Shown one piece after another: positions 37,835 through 46,903 of a DNA stretch of 64,000 bases. The notes under the pieces were generated by a model. That model was given only the letters and a program-made list of their open reading frames with translations. It was not told where the DNA came from and did not search any database. The position numbers and the translations under genes were made by a program. The DNA is from Desulfurococcaceae archaeon (GTDB lineage Archaea > Thermoproteota > Thermoprotei_A > Sulfolobales > Desulfurococcaceae). Location: the NCBI GenBank assembly GCA_038816475.1, contig JAWBAI010000001.1, positions 139,031-203,030 of the forward strand, written 5' to 3'. The first letter of the stretch is position 1. Each line of letters begins with the position of its first letter.

Positions 37835-39211
37835 GTGAATGCTTACGAAGACGTTGTAGAGCATATTAGATCAGGAAGAATCGACAAAGTTCTCGAGCAC
37901 ATAAACAGGCTTTCGCAACACGAGATAGTAGAGTTCTTACTTAGGCTTGAGAGCGAAGATAGAAGAAGAATACTAGTTCACATGGATCTTGAAAAAATAC
38001 TAGACGAGCTTGCTAAGCTTCCAGCAGAGGTCGTATCGGACATAGTTGCGATCAAGGGTTTAGATGACATAGTCAGAGCTGTCGAAAAACTTCCTGTGGA
38101 CGAAGCCGCGGACTTCCTTTCAAAGTTCCCCTCGAAAACCAGGGTGGAAGTTCTCAGGTCTCTACCAAGCGAACATGCTACTGTAATAGCGCGTCTCATG
38201 AAGTTTCCGCCTGAAAGTGTTGGTGGGGTCATGACAACAATGGTCCCCGTCTTTCCAGAGAACGCGACTGTTGGTGAAACTCTGGACACGTACATACATA
38301 AAGCTAAGCTCGGTCTGTACGAGAGTAGCCATTTCATCTACGTGGTCGACAATGATGGGAAGCTCCTAGGTTACACGGACCTCAGAACACTACTAACGAA
38401 GCCAAGAGATACCAAAATAGCTAAGTGTATAACTCTTGTGAAGGTTCACGTAACACCTTTCGATGATCGTGAAACAGCAGCCAAACTCGCTGTTGAATAC
38501 GACCTCCTGGAAGTCCCCGTAGTGGACTTCGACGGAAGATTCTTAGGAATAGTAACACTCGACGACCTGTTGGACGTCGTTATTAGCGAGTACTCCGAGG
38601 ACCTACTGAAGTACGCTGGATTTGCCGAGGTAGTAAAGGGAAGCTATGTTACTGAATCACCTTTCAGATTAGCACTCAAGAGAGCACCTGTTTTAATGTA
38701 CTTGTACCTCATTAACACTGTAACAGGAAGCATTGTAGCAGCCTTCACGGAGGTTATCGAGAGGATAGTGCTACTAGCAGCGTTTATGCCCATGCTGGCA
38801 GATAACTCGGGTAACGTGGGTTCACAGGCCTCTGCGCTTATTTTAAGAGGACTTGTAACAGGTGAGATCAAGGTTAACCGAAGAGATATGCTCATGGTTT
38901 TAAGAAAAGAGTTCGTATCAACAACGTTCATGCTTCTGCTCTTACTGCCACTAGCATTCGCTATAGGATTCACCATACCGTTCATTGCCACGCAGAATCT
39001 CTACTACTCTCTAAGGATCGCTCTAGTTGTAACATCAGCTCTCGCTGTTTCATCCTACATAGCAGACGTTGTAGGTTCCTTCCTACCCATATTACTAGCA
39101 AAGCTAGGCATAGACCCTGCAGCGGCTTCAGCTCCTGTAATTACAAGTATTGGGGACATATGCACAGTTACAGTTTACTTCTTCGTAGCATCAGCGCTTT
39201 TCGCAATTTAG
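37835..39211 (+). CDS. mgtE: Magnesium transporter MgtE
   Basis: N domain, two CBS domains, SGNVGSQA, DPA.ASAP.IT..GD. Confidence 0.93.
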   Translation: MNAYEDVVEHIRSGRIDKVLEHINRLSQHEIVEFLLRLESEDRRRILVHMDLEKILDELAKLPAEVVSDIVAIKGLDDIVRAVEKLPVDEAADFLSKFPSKTRVEVLRSLPSEHATVIARLMKFPPESVGGVMTTMVPVFPENATVGETLDTYIHKAKLGLYESSHFIYVVDNDGKLLGYTDLRTLLTKPRDTKIAKCITLVKVHVTPFDDRETAAKLAVEYDLLEVPVVDFDGRFLGIVTLDDLLDVVISEYSEDLLKYAGFAEVVKGSYVTESPFRLALKRAPVLMYLYLINTVTGSIVAAFTEVIERIVLLAAFMPMLADNSGNVGSQASALILRGLVTGEIKVNRRDMLMVLRKEFVSTTFMLLLLLPLAFAIGFTIPFIATQNLYYSLRIALVVTSALAVSSYIADVVGSFLPILLAKLGIDPAAASAPVITSIGDICTVTVYFFVASALFAI

Positions 39212-39319
39212 TTCTACGTAGCAGGAATAAAATGGTTCATCAAGGTAGCATGGGACTTCATCGTGGAATAGCATTAAGTAAAACTCCATGCTTATATACC
39301 CCGTTTATCACAATAATAA

Positions 39320-39389
39320 CAGCGAGCCTCCAGACACCCCTGATCGTCAGGGGAGTGTGAAGGAGGCTAACTGCGGGGTTCACACACTA
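39320..39389 (+). ncRNA. Candidate H/ACA-like K-turn guide RNA
   Basis: TTATATA at 39292-98; stem AGCCTCC/GGAGGCT, K-turn (AGA / TGT-GAA), apical CCCCTGA-TCG-TCAGGGG; ACA 13-15 nt 3' of the stem. Confidence 0.65.
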
Positions 39390-39419
39390 TTTAAGTCTCA
39401 CTGTACTAGGGGGTATGCA

Positions 39420-40712
39420 TTGGTTTTAATAGTGCACACTAGTGATGTTCACCTTGGAGTTGATAAGTACGCGAACTCTCCTTTAGCGGCTGCGTACGTG
39501 GATGTTTTCAACGAAATAGCTGAGAAGACCGTTGAAGCTGGTTCTCGCTACTTAGTTGTAGCCGGAGACATGTTTCACTCGACGGATCCATCAACAGAGG
39601 TTATTCTTTCAGCTATCCGAGTGCTAAAGAAGCTCAAGGAGAGTGGAGTGAGAGTTGTTGTTGTACCCGGCAATCACGATAACTCTTCTATCAGAAGAGG
39701 TATACTGGATGTTCTAGCTGAAGCAGGCTTAATACATCTCCTAGAATACAGGGAGGAGTACGATTACCTCCTTCTTAAACCACTTGTCTTCGAGGATGAT
39801 AAACTGGTGTTCTACGGTATTCCCGGTTTCCGGGGGCAAAAGGAACTGAACTACATTGGCAAAGGTATGGTAAAGTACCTTGAGCGTAGCAAGTACGAGA
39901 ACTACAGTACCGTGGTTGTAGCACATACAAGTGCAAAAATGTACAACTACGATCCAACCAGTTATAGCACGAGGTATGGTAAGATCGCTACCGACGAAGG
40001 GGAACTGCTTCGCAGAATTCCACAGGGTGTGGAGTACATAGCACTTGGTCATATACACATTCCTGTTCCACTCGAGAAGACGTTTAGGAGCAGTTCAGCA
40101 TACCCTGGAGCTCCAATTGGAATGGATGCAAACGACTTAAGGGAATCAGCATGGCTCGCTGAGATGGGTGTTAAAAGAAGAATTCTGCTAGTTGATATAC
40201 AGCAGTATCCTTCAAGCATTAGAGCTATTGAGCTAGAAAACACCCCCTTCGTTGCCTACCGAGAGATCGAAGCTCATGGTCCTAGCGATGTAATGAACCA
40301 GCTAATGAAGATTGTTTCGGAACTACCAAGTGAACCCAAGCACAAGGTGGTTTTACTGTATTTAAAGAACGTCGAAGAGCTAGATGCTAGGATACTTGGA
40401 GTAGCAAAGGAGATGTCAATAAAGCGAGGTGTTCACGTAGAAGTGAACATCAGTAAACCCGAAGAGTCATCAGGACTATTCTCAGCTCTGTCTCAGCTGG
40501 GTGAGTTAAAGGAAATGGATACTGAAAGGACCTTGCTAGACATAGATACCCTCGAAGAAAGAATACTAGAAGACTTAGCTAGAAGATACAAACTACCACT
40601 CAGTCTTGATAAGCTGAAATGGCTGTTGAACAAGCTCGCTGAACCTGTTCCAAGCAGCTCCAAGTACAGGGATATACTTTTACAGATTGAGAAGGAACTT
40701 TTGGAGTCGTGA
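39420..40712 (+). CDS. mre11: Mre11 nuclease
   Basis: SDVHLG, AGDMFH, PGNHD, AH, ALGHIH, YPG; start moved to TTG 39420 behind TTTAAG (39390-95). Confidence 0.92.
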   Translation: MVLIVHTSDVHLGVDKYANSPLAAAYVDVFNEIAEKTVEAGSRYLVVAGDMFHSTDPSTEVILSAIRVLKKLKESGVRVVVVPGNHDNSSIRRGILDVLAEAGLIHLLEYREEYDYLLLKPLVFEDDKLVFYGIPGFRGQKELNYIGKGMVKYLERSKYENYSTVVVAHTSAKMYNYDPTSYSTRYGKIATDEGELLRRIPQGVEYIALGHIHIPVPLEKTFRSSSAYPGAPIGMDANDLRESAWLAEMGVKRRILLVDIQQYPSSIRAIELENTPFVAYREIEAHGPSDVMNQLMKIVSELPSEPKHKVVLLYLKNVEELDARILGVAKEMSIKRGVHVEVNISKPEESSGLFSALSQLGELKEMDTERTLLDIDTLEERILEDLARRYKLPLSLDKLKWLLNKLAEPVPSSSKYRDILLQIEKELLES

Positions 40713-42049
40713 GATGCTTGGAGGAGAGTAGACTCTACGATGTAATCAGAAAACTCGCAGAGGAGATGTACCAGGATTATAACGTATCCAAGGGAAGCAG
40801 TATAGTTAAACTACGAGAAGAACTGTACAGCAAGTACTACGTAGTTGAACCCTTGCGAGAAGTAAAGCAGGAGCATCCTGTAGTGTTTGTTGATGCGGGT
40901 TTCCAGGTTTTTGAAACAGATGTGGCGATCCTTATTCCTGTCAACTTAGGAGCACGAATAAGAGACGAAGACGGCAACCTCCGTAGAGTTTCAGAGATAT
41001 CGGATTTTCCCCCAATTGAAACCTACTTCATATATGGAAGAATAATTGAGGAGGAAAGCAAACCTGGGTTCAAGTTTCGCATATTCCCAGTGGATGAATC
41101 ACCTCTTCTTCTTCCTCAACCTTTAGCTGAAGAGATTTCAAACAGTGTAACCGGTATAGTTAACACCAGGTTAAACATTCAGCCGGAAGACAGATCGCGC
41201 GCTTCGCTTAAGACAAGAGAAGATCATGCAAGAAGATTCAAAAGGCTTGCGAAGTATATTGAAGGATTACTTGAGATAGCCTACGCGATAAGAGCAGGAG
41301 ACATGATAGCCAGAAGATCTATTAAGGTTGTCGATGGAACGCTCGTTAGGTGGTTTGGATTAAAACAACTGAGAATGTTTAAATTCGAAGGACTAGATAT
41401 CCTAAGCGCTATTCTAAAAGTAGACAAGGAGAAGATCGCTAGGAAAATCGGAGAGATATATGGGCTCGTGAAAACAACGAAGTTTACCTCTATAGCGAGA
41501 GCCAGAACTATCTTCAGGAAGTATGGTTTCAGCGACGCAGGGTTGTACGCGAACGTAACAGAGGAATCAGTAAAAGCCGTATCAGAGGAGCTCAACAAAA
41601 TGCTACTTGAAGGTGTTATTGATAAAACCACGGCAGAAGATGTGTTGACATCGTTGATCAGGACAGCTCACCCCTACACGGGAATTCAAGTTGCGAGATT
41701 CCCGGTTACAGCAGACAATGTGAACATAATGTACCTTGAGGTGCACCACGATAAACCAGTGTTAAACATAGCTAACAACGAAGTTCATTTCGACTCGACA
41801 TCAGCGAGAGAGCTTCATAGTAAGGTCGAAGAAGCGGTGAACAACATATTAGCGTATAGATCGACGATTGAAGGGTCTCCTCCGCATGGATTCATGGAGG
41901 TTGATAGAGACGTTAGATTAGGAGGTAATATGGCTCGTAAAATAGAGTACATGATAGTGAATTCCATAAGAGAGGTTACAAGAGAGCTTGGTCACCCGTT
42001 GGAGCTCGTATTTAGTAGTTCGTGGAGAATGAGAATAGGATACAGGTGA
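40709..42049 (+). CDS. nurA: NurA-family 5'-3' nuclease (divergent)
   Basis: VFVDAG, LEI, VVDGTL, GLVKT, PPHGFMEVD; position between mre11 and herA. Confidence 0.72.
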   Translation: MRCLEESRLYDVIRKLAEEMYQDYNVSKGSSIVKLREELYSKYYVVEPLREVKQEHPVVFVDAGFQVFETDVAILIPVNLGARIRDEDGNLRRVSEISDFPPIETYFIYGRIIEEESKPGFKFRIFPVDESPLLLPQPLAEEISNSVTGIVNTRLNIQPEDRSRASLKTREDHARRFKRLAKYIEGLLEIAYAIRAGDMIARRSIKVVDGTLVRWFGLKQLRMFKFEGLDILSAILKVDKEKIARKIGEIYGLVKTTKFTSIARARTIFRKYGFSDAGLYANVTEESVKAVSEELNKMLLEGVIDKTTAEDVLTSLIRTAHPYTGIQVARFPVTADNVNIMYLEVHHDKPVLNIANNEVHFDSTSARELHSKVEEAVNNILAYRSTIEGSPPHGFMEVDRDVRLGGNMARKIEYMIVNSIREVTRELGHPLELVFSSSWRMRIGYR

Positions 42050-42055
42050 TAATCA

Positions 42056-44086
42056 ATGCCGGGGTTTCAAGTAGGTCTTGTAACCGGTTGGGAAAGTGAT
42101 GCTGTTAGAGCGCTTTTAACGAACAAGAAGTACGCTCCATCTCTCGGCGATATTCTTTACACTATTGAAGTGAGAGAGGATGGCTACACGAGAACAGTTC
42201 TCATGGAGATAGTTGGGTTCGAAGGAGGACTCCCACCCTATGCATCCACACCAATATATCAAACTCAATCACAGTACTACCTTGCACAGCAAGAGGTTAT
42301 CGCAAAAGCCAGGTTGTTCATTGAAATAGTGAAAACTAGTAGTGGGAAATACCTAAGTAAAGCTTCACGTCCACCTTCACTTCTATCTCCAGTATACCTA
42401 CTGAAAGTAGGTGATGGAGAATCCGAGGAAATAATGAGGGATATAACAAGGCATGTAAGCGCTGAGGGAATACCTGTTGCGTTGCTAAGATCGGGTATTG
42501 CTCATAGTGAAATACAGGCGAGAGAAAGACACTTTGAGAATGCTTACTTCAGATTAAACCTGCGTAGGCTTGTTCCAAAGCATATTCTGATCACGGGTCA
42601 AACCGGGTCTGGTAAAACAAGTAGTTTAATGGGTTTACTATTGAAATACGCGCTGGAAACTGATGAACCAATAGGATGGCTCATTATTGACAGACACGGC
42701 GAGTACACACCTAAAGAGGGATATGTTGAGGACAAGTTCATAGGATTACTTGTTAGAGCTGTAGCGAGTAATCATAGGATAAACGATAGAGTTACAATTA
42801 AGACATTCAGACTCGCCTACAGTACTAGTGGAACTGATAAGCTGTCTACATATCGACCGTTGTTTGACATTGTTGAAGCCCCGATGTGCGCTAGTAGTAT
42901 TACATTGGCGGACTTTGCGTCTCTTGAAGGTGTTGAGCCTGAGCGTGCTGCAGAGCTGGAGGAGTTTATTCTAACGATCATGCCTGTACTAAGCAAAATG
43001 ACGGAGAGAACCGATACTGCAGATGGTGTAATATTACATACGAGTTTCACACAGGGAGATACACCGGACTTGGCTACAGCAAACGTGTTGGCACTAGTAC
43101 CTCTCCTAGTTGACAACGTGATCAGGTACGAAGGAATTGGTTTATCCAGAGATAGAAAAAGAGGTCTTCACAGAGTTCTAGTAGATAGAGGAGTAGATGC
43201 TCGAGTTTCCCGTATTCTAAGGAAGCTTGTACTCATAAAACTGGGGTGGAGAACAAGGCCTCAACGCTTAGGAGACCATGTTATACATGTTCTCGACGAT
43301 TCTCGTAGCGTGGTCAAAGTGTCCAGCACTATAAAGAACCCGGAGGAGCTTTCATGTTTTCTGAAAAAGTTCATGGACGCTTTCAAAAAAGTTTACTCTG
43401 GAGTAGAAGTAAACTATTCGGATTATCCTTGGAATAAATTGTGCAAAAGCGAGAAGGTGATTGAGGTCAAGAAGGAGGACGGTATGGATTTGGATGTAGT
43501 GGTTAAGCACGTGAGTGATGGTAATGTAGACATATTGGACGTATCCGGAGTTGACAATGCTCAGGCAGATCTGATCGCTTTAACAGTTGCTAGAAGACTA
43601 TTCGAGTTTAGATTTGAGAAAGGCGTTGAGGAGTCATCGAGGCTTCCCGTTGTTGGAATAGTCTCGGAGGAGGCGCCTCTCTATCTAAGCCGAGAGAAGG
43701 TTCTTACACCCTTCAACCCGTTTGCTAGAATAGCACGTGAGGGTAGAAAATTCGGTTTAGGCTTAATTGCAATTACTCAAATGGCTACGATGATAGAGAA
43801 GCAGATACTAGCAAACTTCAATACCATGATCATTCTAAGAACTCGTAGTAGAAGCGATCTGGAGTTCTTTGCCGACATAGGTGTACCAGTTGAAACTCTA
43901 CCTTACCTCGGAGACCGAGAAGCGTTTCTATATACACCAGACCTGCCGATCAAGGAGCCAATACCCGTTTACCTGCCTGGATGGTTCGAGAACAAAAAGT
44001 TCGTCGAGGATCAGGAAGAGTCTACGTTGAACAGGTCGGCGAAGATCGGGAGAGAACTTGTCAAGCTCCTTGGTGAGGAAGAATGA
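42056..44086 (+). CDS. herA: HerA helicase/translocase
   Basis: N-terminal HAS-barrel-like region, KHILITGQTGSGKT, IDRHGEY, EEA, IAREGRKFG, ITQ. Confidence 0.88.
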   Translation: MPGFQVGLVTGWESDAVRALLTNKKYAPSLGDILYTIEVREDGYTRTVLMEIVGFEGGLPPYASTPIYQTQSQYYLAQQEVIAKARLFIEIVKTSSGKYLSKASRPPSLLSPVYLLKVGDGESEEIMRDITRHVSAEGIPVALLRSGIAHSEIQARERHFENAYFRLNLRRLVPKHILITGQTGSGKTSSLMGLLLKYALETDEPIGWLIIDRHGEYTPKEGYVEDKFIGLLVRAVASNHRINDRVTIKTFRLAYSTSGTDKLSTYRPLFDIVEAPMCASSITLADFASLEGVEPERAAELEEFILTIMPVLSKMTERTDTADGVILHTSFTQGDTPDLATANVLALVPLLVDNVIRYEGIGLSRDRKRGLHRVLVDRGVDARVSRILRKLVLIKLGWRTRPQRLGDHVIHVLDDSRSVVKVSSTIKNPEELSCFLKKFMDAFKKVYSGVEVNYSDYPWNKLCKSEKVIEVKKEDGMDLDVVVKHVSDGNVDILDVSGVDNAQADLIALTVARRLFEFRFEKGVEESSRLPVVGIVSEEAPLYLSREKVLTPFNPFARIAREGRKFGLGLIAITQMATMIEKQILANFNTMIILRTRSRSDLEFFADIGVPVETLPYLGDREAFLYTPDLPIKEPIPVYLPGWFENKKFVEDQEESTLNRSAKIGRELVKLLGEEE

Positions 44087-46491
44087 GAATTCTAGGCGTG
44101 TACATGAAAAACGTTAGAAGCTATCCAGAAGCAACTGTGGTTTTTCCTCACGATGGTGTAACAGTAATATACGGTCCCACAGGCAGCGGAAAAACATCTA
44201 TACTTATGTCGTTAAGCTTCGCCCTCTTCGGATTTCTAGGAGGATCGAAGAAGATATTTGACGCTTACGAGCAACCGAGCGGTTTAGACCTTCTCAGAGC
44301 TGGAACTCAGGATGGACTTGTCAGAGTACTGGTGAACCTGAGGGGTAAACTCTACTTGGTAGAAAGAAGATTCAGAAGAAAAGGCGACGTAGTCGAGTTC
44401 GACGGAGGGCTTGTAGAGGAGTACTTTATCAACAAGGAAACAGGCAATGTAGAGCTCAAAGCGAGGTATTCAGCGCGCAGTAGTATTGAACTCAATAGAA
44501 AGGTATTTGAACTTATAGGAATCAGGGAGAAGGTTAATAGGGCAAGTACCGTTAAAGCAACATTTTTCACAAGCGCTCTCTATGTACCGCAGTTCAATAT
44601 ACACGAGATACTCGAACACGACCCCGAAGATAGAAGGGATGTCATTGAGAAAGCTATAGGACTTGAAAAATACAAAATAAGGAAGATCAACATAGAGAAC
44701 ATTCGTAAGCAGCTAAGAGACGAGATCAGTAGACTAGAGGGTGCAATACAGCAGATCACGCTTCAGCTGAGTAGGATTAACAGGGATCAACTGCGAAGGA
44801 GGCGGGGAGAGATCGAGACTAAGATAAAAGAGGTTGAGTCTGCACTCGAGGAGCTGAGGAAGCGCAAGGAGGTCCTGGAGAATACGGAGAAAAAGTTGAG
44901 CAAAGACCTTGAAAGCCTAATAGAGAAGAAGTCAAACCTGGAATCTCAGATCAGCAAGTACATGCACGTGCAAGAGCAGATGGTAAACTTAGTTAAGAAA
45001 GTAAAGATGCAGATAGCATCAGCTTTAGCGAGTGAACTAGATTTGAAAACCGTGGAGAGTTTGAACTCGAGTGAGGACAAGGAGTTCGTTGAAAGAGCTC
45101 TTCTCACGGTTCTGGAGAAATTAAGGGAAAAAATGAATGCTGTCCTAGTGGAAGAGAGCAGTTTAAGGTCCGAGCTAGCGCAGATCGAGTTAACAATAGA
45201 GCATTTAGAAGCCGAGGAAAGAAAAACACTAGAGGAACGTGGAGTTTTAAGTGGCAAACTTAATGAATTGAAGCAGAGACTGAGTGACCTCGAGAAAGAG
45301 CTCTCTGAGAAGAGAGAACTTCTCGAGAAGGGAGTATGTCCAACGTGTCATCAGCCTGTTCCACATCAGCACGGATACAAGCTCATATCGGATATCGAAA
45401 CTGAGATATCGATTAGGAAAAGTGAGATTAGCAGATTAGAAGCCGAGCTGGAGAAACTCGATAGCAAGCGAGCTGAGCTTAGACGAAGCATTGAAAACAC
45501 AAAGAAAGAGTACAACAGCAGGAAGCTTCAGCTAGAACAGATTACGCGCTTAAAAAACGAGCTTATGGTTTACGGGGAGAAGTTGAACTCGTACATGGAT
45601 GAGCTCAGTAGACTTGAACAGGAGGCTAAAGCAATAGACATCGTCAGAGTAAAGGGGGAACTCAAAGAAGTAATCGGGAAAATAGAGGAGATCAGGGGAT
45701 CCATTCAGAGTGTTCAAAACGAAAAAAGAAGTCTCGAAATGCAACTTGAAGATTTAGCAAAACTACGGGGAAGCCTAGAAGGAGAGCTGAAACTCATCGA
45801 AAACCAGCTCAGAGAAGCCGAAAAGCTGGAGGGGGAGCTCTCGAAGAGTATGATCAGGAGGGATAACTACAAGAGGCTTCAGGATATGTTGTCCAAGTCT
45901 GAGGAGATCAACGAGCTAATCGAGAAAGAAGTAATAAGGTTTCTGGCCAGAGGGTTCAAGGATGCGTTCTCCAAGTACGTGAGAATACTACTGCACGATC
46001 AACCTTTAGAGGCAGTAGTAACGGACGACTTCGGACTAACGTTCAAGGTCCTTGTGGGTAACAGGTCTTATGATATAAGGTCTCTGAGCGGGGGTCAAAG
46101 CATTGCATTGAGCCTAGCCTACCGTCTTGCCCTCAACGCCACGGTTAGAGCATACTCACCTCACTTGAAGGGAAGCGTTTTGATTCTAGATGAACCTACA
46201 ACAGGTTTTAGCAGAGAACTTGTGGTTAGACTCAGAGAACTGCTGGAAGACCTTGGTTCTACGAAGCTTGGTCAAATCATTGTTGTTACTCACGATAAAA
46301 CCCTCATGGAGATAGGAGACTGCAAGATAAAGCTTGAACTGGATACTTCAAAACTCGAAACAAAGATCAGCTACGAGGAGTGCACGTACGGAAAAGAAGG
46401 TATCTCATTCGATGAGTACAGGGAGTTTATTGAGGGTATACTTAGGGGCAAATTCAGAGGTCCTATAAGGCTCGAGGCTGCTCAGCACTAG
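44083..46491 (+). CDS. rad50: Rad50 ATPase
   Basis: NVRSY, GPTGSGKT, PQ loop, coiled coils with CPTC zinc hook, LSGGQ, LILDEPT, VTHD. Confidence 0.93.
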   Translation: MRILGVYMKNVRSYPEATVVFPHDGVTVIYGPTGSGKTSILMSLSFALFGFLGGSKKIFDAYEQPSGLDLLRAGTQDGLVRVLVNLRGKLYLVERRFRRKGDVVEFDGGLVEEYFINKETGNVELKARYSARSSIELNRKVFELIGIREKVNRASTVKATFFTSALYVPQFNIHEILEHDPEDRRDVIEKAIGLEKYKIRKINIENIRKQLRDEISRLEGAIQQITLQLSRINRDQLRRRRGEIETKIKEVESALEELRKRKEVLENTEKKLSKDLESLIEKKSNLESQISKYMHVQEQMVNLVKKVKMQIASALASELDLKTVESLNSSEDKEFVERALLTVLEKLREKMNAVLVEESSLRSELAQIELTIEHLEAEERKTLEERGVLSGKLNELKQRLSDLEKELSEKRELLEKGVCPTCHQPVPHQHGYKLISDIETEISIRKSEISRLEAELEKLDSKRAELRRSIENTKKEYNSRKLQLEQITRLKNELMVYGEKLNSYMDELSRLEQEAKAIDIVRVKGELKEVIGKIEEIRGSIQSVQNEKRSLEMQLEDLAKLRGSLEGELKLIENQLREAEKLEGELSKSMIRRDNYKRLQDMLSKSEEINELIEKEVIRFLARGFKDAFSKYVRILLHDQPLEAVVTDDFGLTFKVLVGNRSYDIRSLSGGQSIALSLAYRLALNATVRAYSPHLKGSVLILDEPTTGFSRELVVRLRELLEDLGSTKLGQIIVVTHDKTLMEIGDCKIKLELDTSKLETKISYEECTYGKEGISFDEYREFIEGILRGKFRGPIRLEAAQH

Positions 46492-46903
46492 TTGTTTTTA
46501 GCCTAAATACGTAGGGAAGTAGCTCACTCAAGGATGTTACAACACGCTTTCCGCTCTTCGCGCTGTAGAGTACGACTTTAGCCTCTGGATTGAACTCCGC
46601 GATGACTTGTCTACAAGCTCCACATGGAGGTATAGGTTCATCCGTGTCAGCTACTATTACAACGAGTACTGGTTTTTTATCTCCACCAGTTACCATGGCT
46701 GATATAGCTGATCTCTCGGCGCATATAGTTAAACCGTAGCTGGAGTTCTCGACGTTTACACCGTAGTACACCCTACCGCTCTCTGCTAGTATGGCTGAAG
46801 CAACGTGTATTCCACTATAGGGTGCATAGCTGTTGGAAAGCAGTTGTTCAGCTTCTCGTATAAGCTTCTCAACAATTCCTGGATCTAGGGTTTGCTTACT
46901 CAA
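46463..46903 (-). CDS. cdd: Cytidine deaminase
   Basis: YAPYS, G.NVENSSY, CAE, PPCGACRQ. Confidence 0.95.
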   Translation of the reverse strand: MSKQTLDPGIVEKLIREAEQLLSNSYAPYSGIHVASAILAESGRVYYGVNVENSSYGLTICAERSAISAMVTGGDKKPVLVVIVADTDEPIPPCGACRQVIAEFNPEAKVVLYSAKSGKRVVTSLSELLPYVFRLKTTSAEQPRAL

